DNA of 32,000 nt from Mycolicibacterium smegmatis (GCF_001457595.1 NZ_LN831039.1:3270001-3302000); one strand, 5' to 3'; positions 1 to 8,847 are shown, counted from the stretch's first letter. Notes: generated by a model from the sequence alone, not told the origin. Made by a program: numbers and translations.

Positions 1-216
1 TCGCAGGCTTCGGTTCACTGCGCGGACGACGGCGGATATCACACAGTCAACGGGCCTGCACGCCAACGGAAAAGGCAGAGGAGTTCATAGGCGAAAGCGG
101 GCCACCCTGAGGACAGGAAAATTCGCTGCGCGAGGTAAGAAACGCTGTTTCGCCGACGTGCCGTGCGGGACGGTCTCTCGTGTGCTGCATCCTGGCCAGT
201 CACCCGCGGCTGTGAA

Positions 217-222
217 TACACT
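217..222 (+). promoter_or_regulatory. putative -10 hexamer TACACT, 6 nt before ATG 229 (predicted leaderless)
   Basis: Exact TANNNT match; spacer gtgcgc then ATG. Confidence 0.55.
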
Positions 223-228
223 GTGCGC

Positions 229-1032
229 ATGGCGCGCCGAAACGATCCGTTGGCGGAGTTTCTGCGCACGCACCGTGAAAAGCTGCAACCCGACGACGTC
301 GGGCTGACCAAGGGGCATCGTCGGCGGGTGGCCGGTCTCCGGCGCGAAGAGGTCGCAGGCCTGGCCGGTATCAGCACGGACTACTACCACCGCATCGAGC
401 AGGGGCGTGAGCGTCCGTCCGATCAGGTGCTCGATGCGCTCGCGCGGGCTCTGCTGCTGAGCCCCGATGCGACGGTGTACATGCGCAATCTGGTGGCGGG
501 GCGGTCACCCGGCCAGCGCCTGGACAGCAGTGCCAGATCGTTGAATCCCGCGCTGCAGGGCCTGATCGACGGCTGGCCGCAGTCACCGGCGCACATCCAC
601 GACGCCACGGCGACCGTGGTGATGGCCAATCCGCTCGCCGCGCGGCTGTCGCCGAGTTTCGCCCATGGCGGTAACCCGCTGCGCAGCCTGTTCCTCGAGG
701 AGCGCAGCCGCGAGTTCTACCGAAACTGGGAAGGGCTGACCGCGTGGGCGGTTCGCTGGTTGCGGGATTTCACCGGGCATCACCCCAGCCCTGGGCTGGA
801 CGCGATCGTCGACGAGTTGAACCGCGAGAGTGAGCGATTCCGTACCCTGTGGGCCTCCTACGACGTCAAGAAACACACCCGTGGGCTCCTTCTGGTCAAC
901 CACCCCGATGTGGGCCCGCTCGATCTGCACTTCCAGCACCTGAGCCTGCGGGGCAGCGAGTTCATCATGGTCACGTATTGGGCCGAGCCGTGCTCGCCGT
1001 CAGCCGAGGCGCTGAACCGGTTGATGGGCTGA
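229..1032 (+). CDS. XRE-family transcriptional regulator with MmyB-like C-terminal domain
   Basis: N-terminal HTH 'LRREEVAGLAGISTDYYHRIEQGRERPSDQVLDALARAL' followed by a ligand-binding-like region typical of MmyB-like regulators. ATG at 229 chosen over the ORF-track start at 163 because TACACT-N6 directly precedes it. Confidence 0.88.
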   Translation: MARRNDPLAEFLRTHREKLQPDDVGLTKGHRRRVAGLRREEVAGLAGISTDYYHRIEQGRERPSDQVLDALARALLLSPDATVYMRNLVAGRSPGQRLDSSARSLNPALQGLIDGWPQSPAHIHDATATVVMANPLAARLSPSFAHGGNPLRSLFLEERSREFYRNWEGLTAWAVRWLRDFTGHHPSPGLDAIVDELNRESERFRTLWASYDVKKHTRGLLLVNHPDVGPLDLHFQHLSLRGSEFIMVTYWAEPCSPSAEALNRLMG

Positions 1033-1149
1033 TCGGAACCGGACCGACTGGTTGTCGTGAGACCAGGAAAGGTTCGGCCTGGCAACCGCACATCGGTCTG
1101 GCCACCCTGGGGGGTAGTGAAGCCCTACTCCAGACGGGACCGAAACCAT

Positions 1150-2415
1150 ATGCTGCGGTTGGGAAATTCGTTTGTGCAGAACCCGCACGAGGTGTACGAC
1201 CGGCTGCGCCGCAGTGGGCCGGTGCAGCGGGTCGAGATGTGGGGCGGCGTGCCGGTGTGGCTGGTCACGCGCTACCAGGAGGCACGGAACCTGCTGACCG
1301 ACCCACGTATCGGCAAAGACGGGGCCGCCGCGAGTGCCCTGTTCCCGCCGGGGACGGACGGGTCGATCGGTACGGTGCTCGGCGACAACATGCTGTTCCG
1401 GGATCCGCCCGACCACACGAGGTTACGGCGGTTTGTCACCTCGGCGTTCACCGCGCATGCGGTACGCCGGCTTCGCCCCACGATCGCCGGCTTCGCCGAC
1501 GCCCTCCTCGACGACATCGCCGCGTCGGTGCCCGGACAGGTGGACCTGTTGCAGGCTTTCGCCCAGCCCCTGCCCGTTCAGGTGATCGGCGAGTTGCTCG
1601 GTGTCCCGGAACGCGACCGGGAGCTGTTCGCGGCGCTGGTCGTGCCGATCTTCACCAGCACTGATACGACGGTGTTGCGAAGGGCGCAAAAGGAATTGAC
1701 GCTACTGCTCACCGATATGCTCGCCGAGAAGCGGCAGTCTCCGGCCGACGACGTGCTCAGCAGCCTCGTGCACCGGCGCGACGGCACCGATCAGCTGAGT
1801 GAGGCCGAACTGCTCGGCACCGCATTCCTGCTCATCGTCGCCGGATACGAGACGACGGTGAACCTGCTCGCCAACGGAATACTCGCGCTCCTGCGCAACC
1901 CGGAACAGTTGCGGGCGGTTCGGGCGGACCGGTCGTTGCTGCCGCGCGCGGTCGAGGAGGCTCTGCGGTTCGAGAGTCCGCTCAACACCGCCACGGTCCG
2001 CTACACCAGCGCACCGGTCACCGTCGGGGACGTCGAGATCCCGGCCGGTGAACTGGTCGTGATCGGCCTGCTGGCCGCCAATCACGACGACAAGCAGTTT
2101 CCCGATGCGCACCGGTTCGACGTCTCCCGTACGCACAACCGGCATCTCGCCTTCGGATACGGCGTGCACCACTGTGTCGGGGCGCCGCTGGCACGGATGG
2201 AGGCCGAGATCGGATTCGACCGGCTGCTGTCTCGCTTCGAGGTGATGGAACTGGTCGATTCGGGACCGCCGCGGTACCGGCCGAGCACGCTCATGCGGGG
2301 TGTGGAACGTCTTCCGGTGATTCTCGGTTACCCGCACGACATCGCATCCACAATGAGGGAGTGGTCGGGATCCCTGCCTTCGTCTGGCGAGGCGGATTCG
2401 TCTTTCGCGCACTGA
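1150..2415 (+). CDS. cytochrome P450
   Basis: Heme-binding motif 'FGYGVHHCVGAPLARME'; I-helix-like 'LLIVAGYETTVN'; ExxR in 'EEALRFES'. ATG at 1150 is more plausible than the track's GTG at 1057. Confidence 0.93.
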   Translation: MLRLGNSFVQNPHEVYDRLRRSGPVQRVEMWGGVPVWLVTRYQEARNLLTDPRIGKDGAAASALFPPGTDGSIGTVLGDNMLFRDPPDHTRLRRFVTSAFTAHAVRRLRPTIAGFADALLDDIAASVPGQVDLLQAFAQPLPVQVIGELLGVPERDRELFAALVVPIFTSTDTTVLRRAQKELTLLLTDMLAEKRQSPADDVLSSLVHRRDGTDQLSEAELLGTAFLLIVAGYETTVNLLANGILALLRNPEQLRAVRADRSLLPRAVEEALRFESPLNTATVRYTSAPVTVGDVEIPAGELVVIGLLAANHDDKQFPDAHRFDVSRTHNRHLAFGYGVHHCVGAPLARMEAEIGFDRLLSRFEVMELVDSGPPRYRPSTLMRGVERLPVILGYPHDIASTMREWSGSLPSSGEADSSFAH

Positions 2416-2473
2416 TCACCGGGATCGGTGCCGGTGGGTTCCTCGGTGCGCTGGCCTGGATCGACTCGGGACG

Positions 2474-2887
2474 GTGGCTCGCGGGCCTCGGGTGTTCGTC
2501 ATCCTGGCGCTCGCGTGCGGGACGTGGGCCCCGCTGCGCATGGCGCGGTACTGGCCGGCCGGGGCCGGCCTCGACGGCGCCGACCGCGCGGCCGTGGTGC
2601 GCGCGGCCCGCACCGGGCGGCGCATCGGCGACCCGCGGCTTCGCGCGGGCGCGCAGGACTACGCCGCCGGGATGCGTGCTGCCGCCGACAACGCCAGGAT
2701 GTGGCGGCCCCTGATCGTCTTCCTGCTCGCCGTGGCGGTCGTCGTCGCGGTGTGGGACACCCTGGCCGGAACATGGGGCAACGCCGTCGCGTCTGCCGTC
2801 TACCTGGTGCTGCTGATACTCGAGGTGTTCTGGTGGCCCAGACGGCAGGCGCAGCTGCTGACCAACGCCGATCGGGCCTGTGGATGA
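2474..2887 (+). CDS. small membrane protein of unknown function, possibly lacking its true N-terminus
   Basis: Hydrophobic segments 'RVFVILALACGTWAPL' and 'LIVFLLAVAVVVAVWDTL...AVYLVLLILEVFWW' in this frame. The region just upstream appears to be coded in another frame (see findings). Confidence 0.5.
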   Translation: MARGPRVFVILALACGTWAPLRMARYWPAGAGLDGADRAAVVRAARTGRRIGDPRLRAGAQDYAAGMRAAADNARMWRPLIVFLLAVAVVVAVWDTLAGTWGNAVASAVYLVLLILEVFWWPRRQAQLLTNADRACG

Positions 2888-3026
2888 AGACGTGTCTGGG
2901 GACAATTCGCCTCCGCAAACCCGTTCGGCGAGGAGATGACGCGTTCCTGGCGGCCTTCTTGTCACAAGTCGTCGTTAGCTTTCGCGCAACAGGGGAGAAC
3001 CCTCCCCGTGCAGCGGAAGGCATCAC

Positions 3027-3746
3027 ATGCAGCACATCACCGAGCCCGACCTCGAAACCGAAACCGAAACGGACGCCGCCCGATTGCGCGCCGCGTTCGA
3101 ACGCGACCTGGGCGATCCGGCCCGCTGGTTCCCGCCGCCGGGATATCCGGATTCATTGGCGCTGTGCATCATCGACGCGATCTACTCCTCCGGGGCACGC
3201 CACAGCATGACCGAGAAGGTCATCGGGCGCTACCGTGAACACCGTCGCGCACTCGGCGGCGACCCCGACCGCGACGGCGCGGTCGAACTGCTCGGAACGT
3301 TCGCCGACGTCGGGGGAGCCCAGCAGTGGGCGTCGCAGATCGGCAACCGCAGGCCGACGTCGACCGCACCAGATGCGCCGCTGCGGGCAGCCGCCGTCGC
3401 TGATGCGGCGGAAGCGCTTGTCGCCATGGGAATCTCGACGGCGGATGACCTTCGGTCGGCAGCCGGCGCGGAACAGCTTGAGCCGGTCAGGACGGCGTGG
3501 TGTGGTGTGCCGGGGCAGCGCTCGGGGGTGACGTGGAGCAACCTGCTGAAACTCGCGGGGCTGCCCGCGCCGGGTGCGGGCCGGCTGGTCGTCGGGTACG
3601 TCACCCGCGAACTCGGTCCGGCCTCGCCCGAACGCGTCGCAGACCTCATCCGTGAGGTCGCCGACCTGGCCGGGTGGGAGGCCGGCCGGTTGGACCACGC
3701 CATCTGGAGTCACGAGGCGGGGCTGCAGTGTCAGCAGGCGGGCTGA
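3027..3746 (+). CDS. conserved hypothetical protein, possibly HhH/endonuclease III-like helical fold
   Basis: Complete 239-aa ORF, biased GC third positions, no overlapping better candidate. Family assignment is tentative, from patterns such as 'DSLALCIIDAIYSSGARHSMTEKVIGRYREHR' and 'GVTWSNLLKLAGLPAPGAGRLVVGYVTREL'. Confidence 0.65.
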   Translation: MQHITEPDLETETETDAARLRAAFERDLGDPARWFPPPGYPDSLALCIIDAIYSSGARHSMTEKVIGRYREHRRALGGDPDRDGAVELLGTFADVGGAQQWASQIGNRRPTSTAPDAPLRAAAVADAAEALVAMGISTADDLRSAAGAEQLEPVRTAWCGVPGQRSGVTWSNLLKLAGLPAPGAGRLVVGYVTRELGPASPERVADLIREVADLAGWEAGRLDHAIWSHEAGLQCQQAG

Positions 3747-3804
3747 CTTCCGACCACCGTGAGCGGAACGGAATCGTCGGGCGCATCCACGTGTTGCGCC
3801 AAGG

Positions 3805-4914
3805 GTGACTGATTCGCTCGACACCTCGCTCGATACGTTGTTCACCCCGCTGAGCGTGGGAACCATGCGGATTCCCAACCGCTTCGCGATGGCACCGATG
3901 ACGCGGCGCGCCTCACCCGGCGGTGTGCCGGGAGCCGATGTCGCCGAGTACTACGCGCGTCGCGCAGCGGGCGGGGTCGGCCTGATCATCACCGAGGGTG
4001 TGCGCCTGGCCGACCCGGTCGCCGCGTGGCCGCACAGCATCCCGACACTGGCCGGAGCGGACGCGGTGGCCGGGTGGCGTGCGGTGACCGACGCGGTACA
4101 CGCGCACGGATCCGTGATCGCGGCACAACTGTGGCATCAGGGCGCCGAGCGCGACGACAGCGACGGCCTGCAGCCGGTGAGCCCGTCGGGTGTCAACAGA
4201 GTGGGGGCGGCTCGTGGGCGCGCCCTGCGCGGTGACGAACTGCCCGGCGTCGCAGCGCAGTACGCCGCGGCTGCGCGCAACGCCGTCGACGCCGGGTTCG
4301 ACGCTGTGGAGTTGCACGGTGCCCACGGTTACCTGCTCGACGAGTTCCTCTGGGACAGAACGAATCAGCGCACCGACGGGTACGGGGGATCGCTGGCTGC
4401 ACGCACCCGGTTCCCGGTCGAGGTGGTGGCGGCCGTACGTGCCGTGGTGGGGCCCGAGTTCCCGATCATCTACCGCTTCTCGCAGTGGAAGGCCAACGCC
4501 TACGACGCCCGCATCGCCGAGGATCCGGCCGAACTCGAGGCGATTCTGGGTCCTCTGGTCACCGCCGGGGTCGACGTCTTGCATCCCTCGACCCGCAGGC
4601 ACTACCTGCCCGCGTTCCCCGGATCGGATCTGAGCCTGGCCGGGTGGACCAGGAAGATCACGGGTATCCCCGTGATCGGTGTCGGATCGGTCGGGCTGGC
4701 CACCGAATTCCGGCCGGGACGTCGCGACGGGGACATCATCGCGGCCGCACCGGTCGAGAAGGTGGTGGAACAGTTCGCGGCCGGTGAGTTCGACATCGTC
4801 GCCGTCGGACGGGCGTTGCTGGCCGAACCCGCATGGGTCAACCGGTTACGCGACAACTCGCTCGACGGTTTCGCCGGCTACCACGCTGAAACAGCGCTGG
4901 CCAGGCTCTACTGA
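3805..4914 (+). CDS. NADH:flavin oxidoreductase (old yellow enzyme family)
   Basis: TIM-barrel OYE signatures: 'NRFAMAPMTRR', 'GVGLIITEGV', 'FDAVELHGAHGYLLDEFLWDRTNQRTDGYGGS', 'DIVAVGRALLAEPAW'. GTG start. Confidence 0.92.
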   Translation: MTDSLDTSLDTLFTPLSVGTMRIPNRFAMAPMTRRASPGGVPGADVAEYYARRAAGGVGLIITEGVRLADPVAAWPHSIPTLAGADAVAGWRAVTDAVHAHGSVIAAQLWHQGAERDDSDGLQPVSPSGVNRVGAARGRALRGDELPGVAAQYAAAARNAVDAGFDAVELHGAHGYLLDEFLWDRTNQRTDGYGGSLAARTRFPVEVVAAVRAVVGPEFPIIYRFSQWKANAYDARIAEDPAELEAILGPLVTAGVDVLHPSTRRHYLPAFPGSDLSLAGWTRKITGIPVIGVGSVGLATEFRPGRRDGDIIAAAPVEKVVEQFAAGEFDIVAVGRALLAEPAWVNRLRDNSLDGFAGYHAETALARLY

Positions 4915-4920
4915 CAATAT

Positions 4921-4942
4921 GGTGGGAACAGGCTGTCCCACC
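4921..4942. promoter_or_regulatory. hairpin-forming inverted repeat (7-bp perfect stem, 8-nt loop) between the OYE gene and thioredoxin
   Basis: GGTGGGA-acaggctg-TCCCACC; 6 nt after the upstream stop and 17 nt before the downstream GTG. No T-tract. Confidence 0.5.
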
Positions 4943-4959
4943 CCGGCGTTAGGAAAATT

Positions 4960-5334
4960 GTGAGCACGCTAGACATCACCGCAGAACAGTTCAACGACAC
5001 CGTCAACGACAACGAGATCGTGCTCGTCGATTTCTGGGCCTCGTGGTGCGGGCCGTGCAAGGCGTTCGCGCCGACGTTCGCGGCATCGGCCGAGAAGCAC
5101 CCCGACGTGGTGCACGCGAAGGTCGACACCGAGGCCGAGCAGGCGCTGGCCGCCGCGGCCGACATCCGGTCGATCCCCACGCTGATGGCCTTCAAGAAGG
5201 GCAAGCTGGTGTTCAACCAGGCTGGCGCGCTGCCGCCTGCGGCGCTTGAGGACCTGGTGCAGAAGATCAAGGAATTCGACATCGACGCGGCCATGCGCGA
5301 GCAGGCAGCGCAGGGTGGCGCCGAAGAGGTGTGA
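4960..5334 (+). CDS. trxA: thioredoxin
   Basis: Active site WCGPCK in 'VLVDFWASWCGPCKAFAPTF'; 'IPTLMAFKKGKLVF' thioredoxin fold motif. GTG start. Confidence 0.93.
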   Translation: MSTLDITAEQFNDTVNDNEIVLVDFWASWCGPCKAFAPTFAASAEKHPDVVHAKVDTEAEQALAAAADIRSIPTLMAFKKGKLVFNQAGALPPAALEDLVQKIKEFDIDAAMREQAAQGGAEEV

Positions 5335-5365
5335 CCGGCCGGGCCGTGTGCCCGGATCCGCGGCG

Positions 5366-5383
5366 AGCACGCGATAGCGTGCT
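5366..5383. promoter_or_regulatory. perfect 7+7 inverted repeat overlapping a putative -10 (TAGCGT)
   Basis: AGCACGC-gata-GCGTGCT; TAGCGT at 5375-5380; GTG at 5389. Confidence 0.45.
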
Positions 5384-5388
5384 TGTCC

Positions 5389-6210
5389 GTGACTGACGAC
5401 ACTCGCTTTGTTCTACTGGACCGGTCGCGGCCGGGCGTGGCCCTCGTGACGCTCAACCGCCCCGAGCGGATGAACTCGATGGCGTTCGACGTCATGGTGC
5501 CGCTGCTGGAGCTGCTGGGCGACCTTCGCCACGACAACTCGGTGCGTGTGGTCATTCTCACCGGCGCCGGGCGCGGATTCTCCTTGGGCGCCGACCACAA
5601 GTCGGCGGGCTCCGTGCCGCACGTCGACGGTCTGACCCGCCCGACGTACGCGCTGCGGTCGATGGAAGTGCTCGACGACGTGATCCTGGCGCTGCGCCGG
5701 CTGCACCAGCCCGTGATCGCCGCGGTCAACGGCGCGGCCATCGGCGGGGGATTGTGCCTCGCGCTGGCGTGCGACGTCCGGATCGCTGCTCACAGCGCCT
5801 ATTTCCGGGCGGCCGGGATCAACAACGGCCTCACCGCGAGCGAGCTGGGCCTGTCGTATCTGCTGCCGAGGGCGATCGGCACGTCACGCGCCTTCGAGAT
5901 CATGCTGACCGGACGCGACGTCGACGCCGCGGAAGCCGAGCGCATCGGTCTGGTGTCGCGCACGGTCCCCGACGACGACCTTCTCGAGACCTGTTTCGAG
6001 ATGGCCCAGCGCATGCGCGGGTTCTCGCGACCGGGAATCGAGTTGACCAAGCGCACACTTTGGAGTGGACTGGACGCCGCTAGTCTGGAGGGGCACATGC
6101 AGGCCGAAGGCCTGGGCCAACTCTTCGTGCGTCTGCTCACCGCAAACTTTGAGGAAGCGGTGGCCGCGCGCGCCGAGAAGCGCCCCCCGGCATTCACCGA
6201 CGACAAGTGA
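5389..6210 (+). CDS. enoyl-CoA hydratase/isomerase family protein (EchA12-like)
   Basis: Crotonase motifs 'VVILTGAGRGFSLGADHK' and 'PVIAAVNGAAIGGGLCLALACDVRIA'. GTG 5389 preferred over TTG 5383 at the ORF-track start. Confidence 0.9.
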   Translation: MTDDTRFVLLDRSRPGVALVTLNRPERMNSMAFDVMVPLLELLGDLRHDNSVRVVILTGAGRGFSLGADHKSAGSVPHVDGLTRPTYALRSMEVLDDVILALRRLHQPVIAAVNGAAIGGGLCLALACDVRIAAHSAYFRAAGINNGLTASELGLSYLLPRAIGTSRAFEIMLTGRDVDAAEAERIGLVSRTVPDDDLLETCFEMAQRMRGFSRPGIELTKRTLWSGLDAASLEGHMQAEGLGQLFVRLLTANFEEAVAARAEKRPPAFTDDK

Positions 6211-6240
6211 CAGCACGAGCAACAACAGGAGGAACGCAGC

Positions 6241-7869
6241 GTGATCACCGCAACGGACCTGGAGGTCCGCGCCGGCGCGCGCACGCTGCTGTTGATCGAG
6301 GGGTCCGCGCTGCGGGTCCAGCCCGGCGACCGCATCGGTCTGGTCGGTCGCAACGGCGCGGGTAAGACCACCACGATGCGCATCCTGGCCGGCGAGGGCG
6401 AACCCTACGCGGGTTCGGTGACGCGTTCCGGCGACATCGGCTATCTGCCGCAGGACCCCAAAGAGGGCGACCTCGACGTGCTGGCCCGCGACCGCGTGCT
6501 CTCGGCGCGTGGTCTGGACACCTTGCTGGCCGATCTGGAGAAACAGCAGGCCCTGATGGCCGAGGTCGCCGACGACGCCGCCCGCGACAAGGCCGTGCGC
6601 CGCTATGGGCAGCTCGAGGAGCGTTTCTCGGCCCTCGGCGGATACGCGGCCGAGAGCGAAGCGGGCCGCATCTGCGCGAGCCTGGGCCTGCCCGAGCGGG
6701 TTCTCACCCAACCGCTGCACACGCTCTCAGGTGGTCAGCGGCGACGCGTGGAACTCGCGCGCATCCTGTTCGCGGCCTCGGAGACCGGTTCCGGTTCGGC
6801 CACCACGCTGTTGCTCGACGAGCCGACCAACCACCTCGACGCCGACTCGATCGGGTGGCTGCGCGACTTCCTCAAGAACCACACCGGCGGGCTCGTGATG
6901 ATCAGCCACAACGTGGAACTGCTCGAAGAGGTGGTCAACCGCGTGTGGTTCCTCGACGCCGTGCGCGGCGAGGTCGATGTCTACAACATGGGCTGGCAGA
7001 AGTACCTCGACGCCCGTGCCACCGACGAGCAACGCCGGCGCCGCGAACGTGCCAATGCCGAGAAAAAGGCCGGCGCACTGCGCGCGCAGGCCGCCAAGAT
7101 GGGTGCCAAGGCCACCAAAGCCGTTGCAGCACAGAACATGTTGCGTCGCGCCGAACGTATGATGGCGGCTCTGGACGAAGAGCGGGTGGCCGACAAGGTG
7201 GCCCGGATCAAGTTCCCCACGCCTGCGCCGTGCGGCAGGACCCCGCTGGTGGCCAAAGGCCTGACCAAGAACTACGGCTCGCTGGAGGTGTTCACCGGCG
7301 TCGACCTGGCGATCGACCGCGGTTCGCGCGTGGTGGTGCTCGGTCTCAACGGCGCGGGCAAGACCACGCTGCTCCGCCTGATCGCGGGCACCGAGAAACC
7401 CGATGCCGGCCATCTCGAACCCGGGCACGGGCTCAAGATCGGCTATTTCGCGCAGGAGCACGACACGCTCGACAACCAGGCCACGGTGTGGGAGAACATC
7501 CGCCATGCCGCGCCCGACACGGGTGAGCAGGATCTGCGTGGTCTGCTGGGTGCCTTCATGTTCACCGGTCCGCAGTTGGACCAGCCGGCGGGAACGCTCT
7601 CCGGTGGCGAGAAGACGCGGTTGGCGCTCGCCGGTCTGGTGGCGTCGACGGCGAATGTGCTTCTGCTCGACGAACCGACCAACAACCTCGATCCCGCGTC
7701 ACGCGAACAGGTCCTGGACGCGTTGCGCAGCTATGAGGGTGCGGTGGTGCTCGTGACGCACGATCCGGGTGCGGCCGAGGCCCTCGATCCGCAGCGCGTG
7801 GTGTTGCTGCCCGACGGCACCGAGGATTTCTGGTCGGACGAGTACCGGGATCTCATCGAACTCGCCTGA
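6241..7869 (+). CDS. ABC-F family duplicated ATP-binding protein
   Basis: Two Walker A motifs (GRNGAGKTT, GLNGAGKTT), two signature motifs (LSGGQRR, LSGGEKTRLAL), two 'LLLDEPTNHLD/LLLDEPTNNLD' Walker B motifs, charged linker, no TM region. GTG start preceded by aggagg. Confidence 0.94.
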   Translation: MITATDLEVRAGARTLLLIEGSALRVQPGDRIGLVGRNGAGKTTTMRILAGEGEPYAGSVTRSGDIGYLPQDPKEGDLDVLARDRVLSARGLDTLLADLEKQQALMAEVADDAARDKAVRRYGQLEERFSALGGYAAESEAGRICASLGLPERVLTQPLHTLSGGQRRRVELARILFAASETGSGSATTLLLDEPTNHLDADSIGWLRDFLKNHTGGLVMISHNVELLEEVVNRVWFLDAVRGEVDVYNMGWQKYLDARATDEQRRRRERANAEKKAGALRAQAAKMGAKATKAVAAQNMLRRAERMMAALDEERVADKVARIKFPTPAPCGRTPLVAKGLTKNYGSLEVFTGVDLAIDRGSRVVVLGLNGAGKTTLLRLIAGTEKPDAGHLEPGHGLKIGYFAQEHDTLDNQATVWENIRHAAPDTGEQDLRGLLGAFMFTGPQLDQPAGTLSGGEKTRLALAGLVASTANVLLLDEPTNNLDPASREQVLDALRSYEGAVVLVTHDPGAAEALDPQRVVLLPDGTEDFWSDEYRDLIELA

Positions 7870-7955
7870 ACCGAAGTTGCTGACACCTCCGGATTTTCGG
7901 GCACGTAAATCCTAAGACGTTGAACAAATCACGCCGCGCGGGTGTGACTGGTTCT

Positions 7956-7961
7956 TACTCT
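7956..7961 (+). promoter_or_regulatory. putative -10 hexamer TACTCT for the small HTH gene
   Basis: TANNNT match, start codon 36 nt downstream, RBS-like ggggaggtg at 7987-7995. Confidence 0.35.
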
Positions 7962-7997
7962 GGGTATGCGTCGGGAGATCGAAATCGGGGAGGTGTC

Positions 7998-8195
7998 ATG
8001 AAGGATTCGTCGTATTCGAATCGAGATGAGCTGCTGACCGAGCTGCGACGCGCTTATGAGGAGGGGGCGAGCATCCGTTCGCTCGTCGCCAGGACCGGCC
8101 GATCATATGGTTCGATTCACAGCCTGTTGCGTGAGTCGGGCACGACGATGCGCAGCCGGGGCGGCCCCAACCATCGGAGCAAGCAGCGGGCCTGA
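7998..8195 (+). CDS. small helix-turn-helix protein (65 aa, Rv1473A-like)
   Basis: 'DELLTELRRAYEEGASIRSLVARTGRSYGSIHSLLRESGTTMRSRGG' has a clear HTH pattern; ATG 3 nt after a strong RBS-like ggggaggtg. The track start at 7920 is upstream of this. Confidence 0.83.
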   Translation: MKDSSYSNRDELLTELRRAYEEGASIRSLVARTGRSYGSIHSLLRESGTTMRSRGGPNHRSKQRA

Positions 8196-8232
8196 GCCAA
8201 ATTAATTGGGGGGTGGACGAATTCGGTAGAAA

Positions 8233-8847
8233 TCAGGATTCGTCGGAAAACGGGTGGTCAGTGCCGACCGCCGGGGCCGGTTTGGGTTGCTGGCGGACCG
8301 ACGCCTCGACCAGGTCGAGAACGGCACTGAGGTTCTTGGAATCCTCGCCGGAGGCCAGGCGGGCCACCAGGCCGTCGAGCACGACGTCCAGATAGATGTG
8401 CAGCACCGCACTCGGCACGTCGTCGCGTAGCCGGCCGGCCTGCTTCTGGCGTCTCAGACGCTCGGTGGTGGCTGCGGTGAGCTCGGCCGAACGCTCGGCC
8501 CAGCCGCGGTGAAAGTCGGGATCGTTGCGGAGTTTTCGCGCGATCTCCAACCGTGTGGCCAGCCAGTCGTACTGTTCGGGTGCGGCGAGCAGGTCGCGCA
8601 TCACCTGGATGAGGCCCTCGCGCGCGGCGACCTCGGCCATGCGCTCGGCGTCCTCGCGCGCCAGCTCGAAGAACAAGGTGTCCTTGTCCTTGAAGTGATG
8701 GAAGATCGCGCCGCGCGACAGCCCGATGGTCTCTTCGAGCCGCCGCACGGTCGCGCTCTCGTATCCGTACTTGGCGAAGCACCGGCGGGCGCCGTCAAGG
8801 ATCTGACGGCGCCGCGCGGCCAGATGGTCGTCGGTCACCCGGGGCAC
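8233..8847 (-). CDS. TetR family transcriptional regulator
   Basis: N-terminal '[59 protein letters not shown]'. GTG start preceded by gaggag. Confidence 0.93.
   Translation of the reverse strand: MPRVTDDHLAARRRQILDGARRCFAKYGYESATVRRLEETIGLSRGAIFHHFKDKDTLFFELAREDAERMAEVAAREGLIQVMRDLLAAPEQYDWLATRLEIARKLRNDPDFHRGWAERSAELTAATTERLRRQKQAGRLRDDVPSAVLHIYLDVVLDGLVARLASGEDSKNLSAVLDLVEASVRQQPKPAPAVGTDHPFSDES

Noticed and set aside
8197-8209. CCAA-attaa-TTGG dyad after the small HTH gene as a terminator
   Set aside because: Only a 4-bp AT/GC-mixed stem and no following T-tract; too weak to call.
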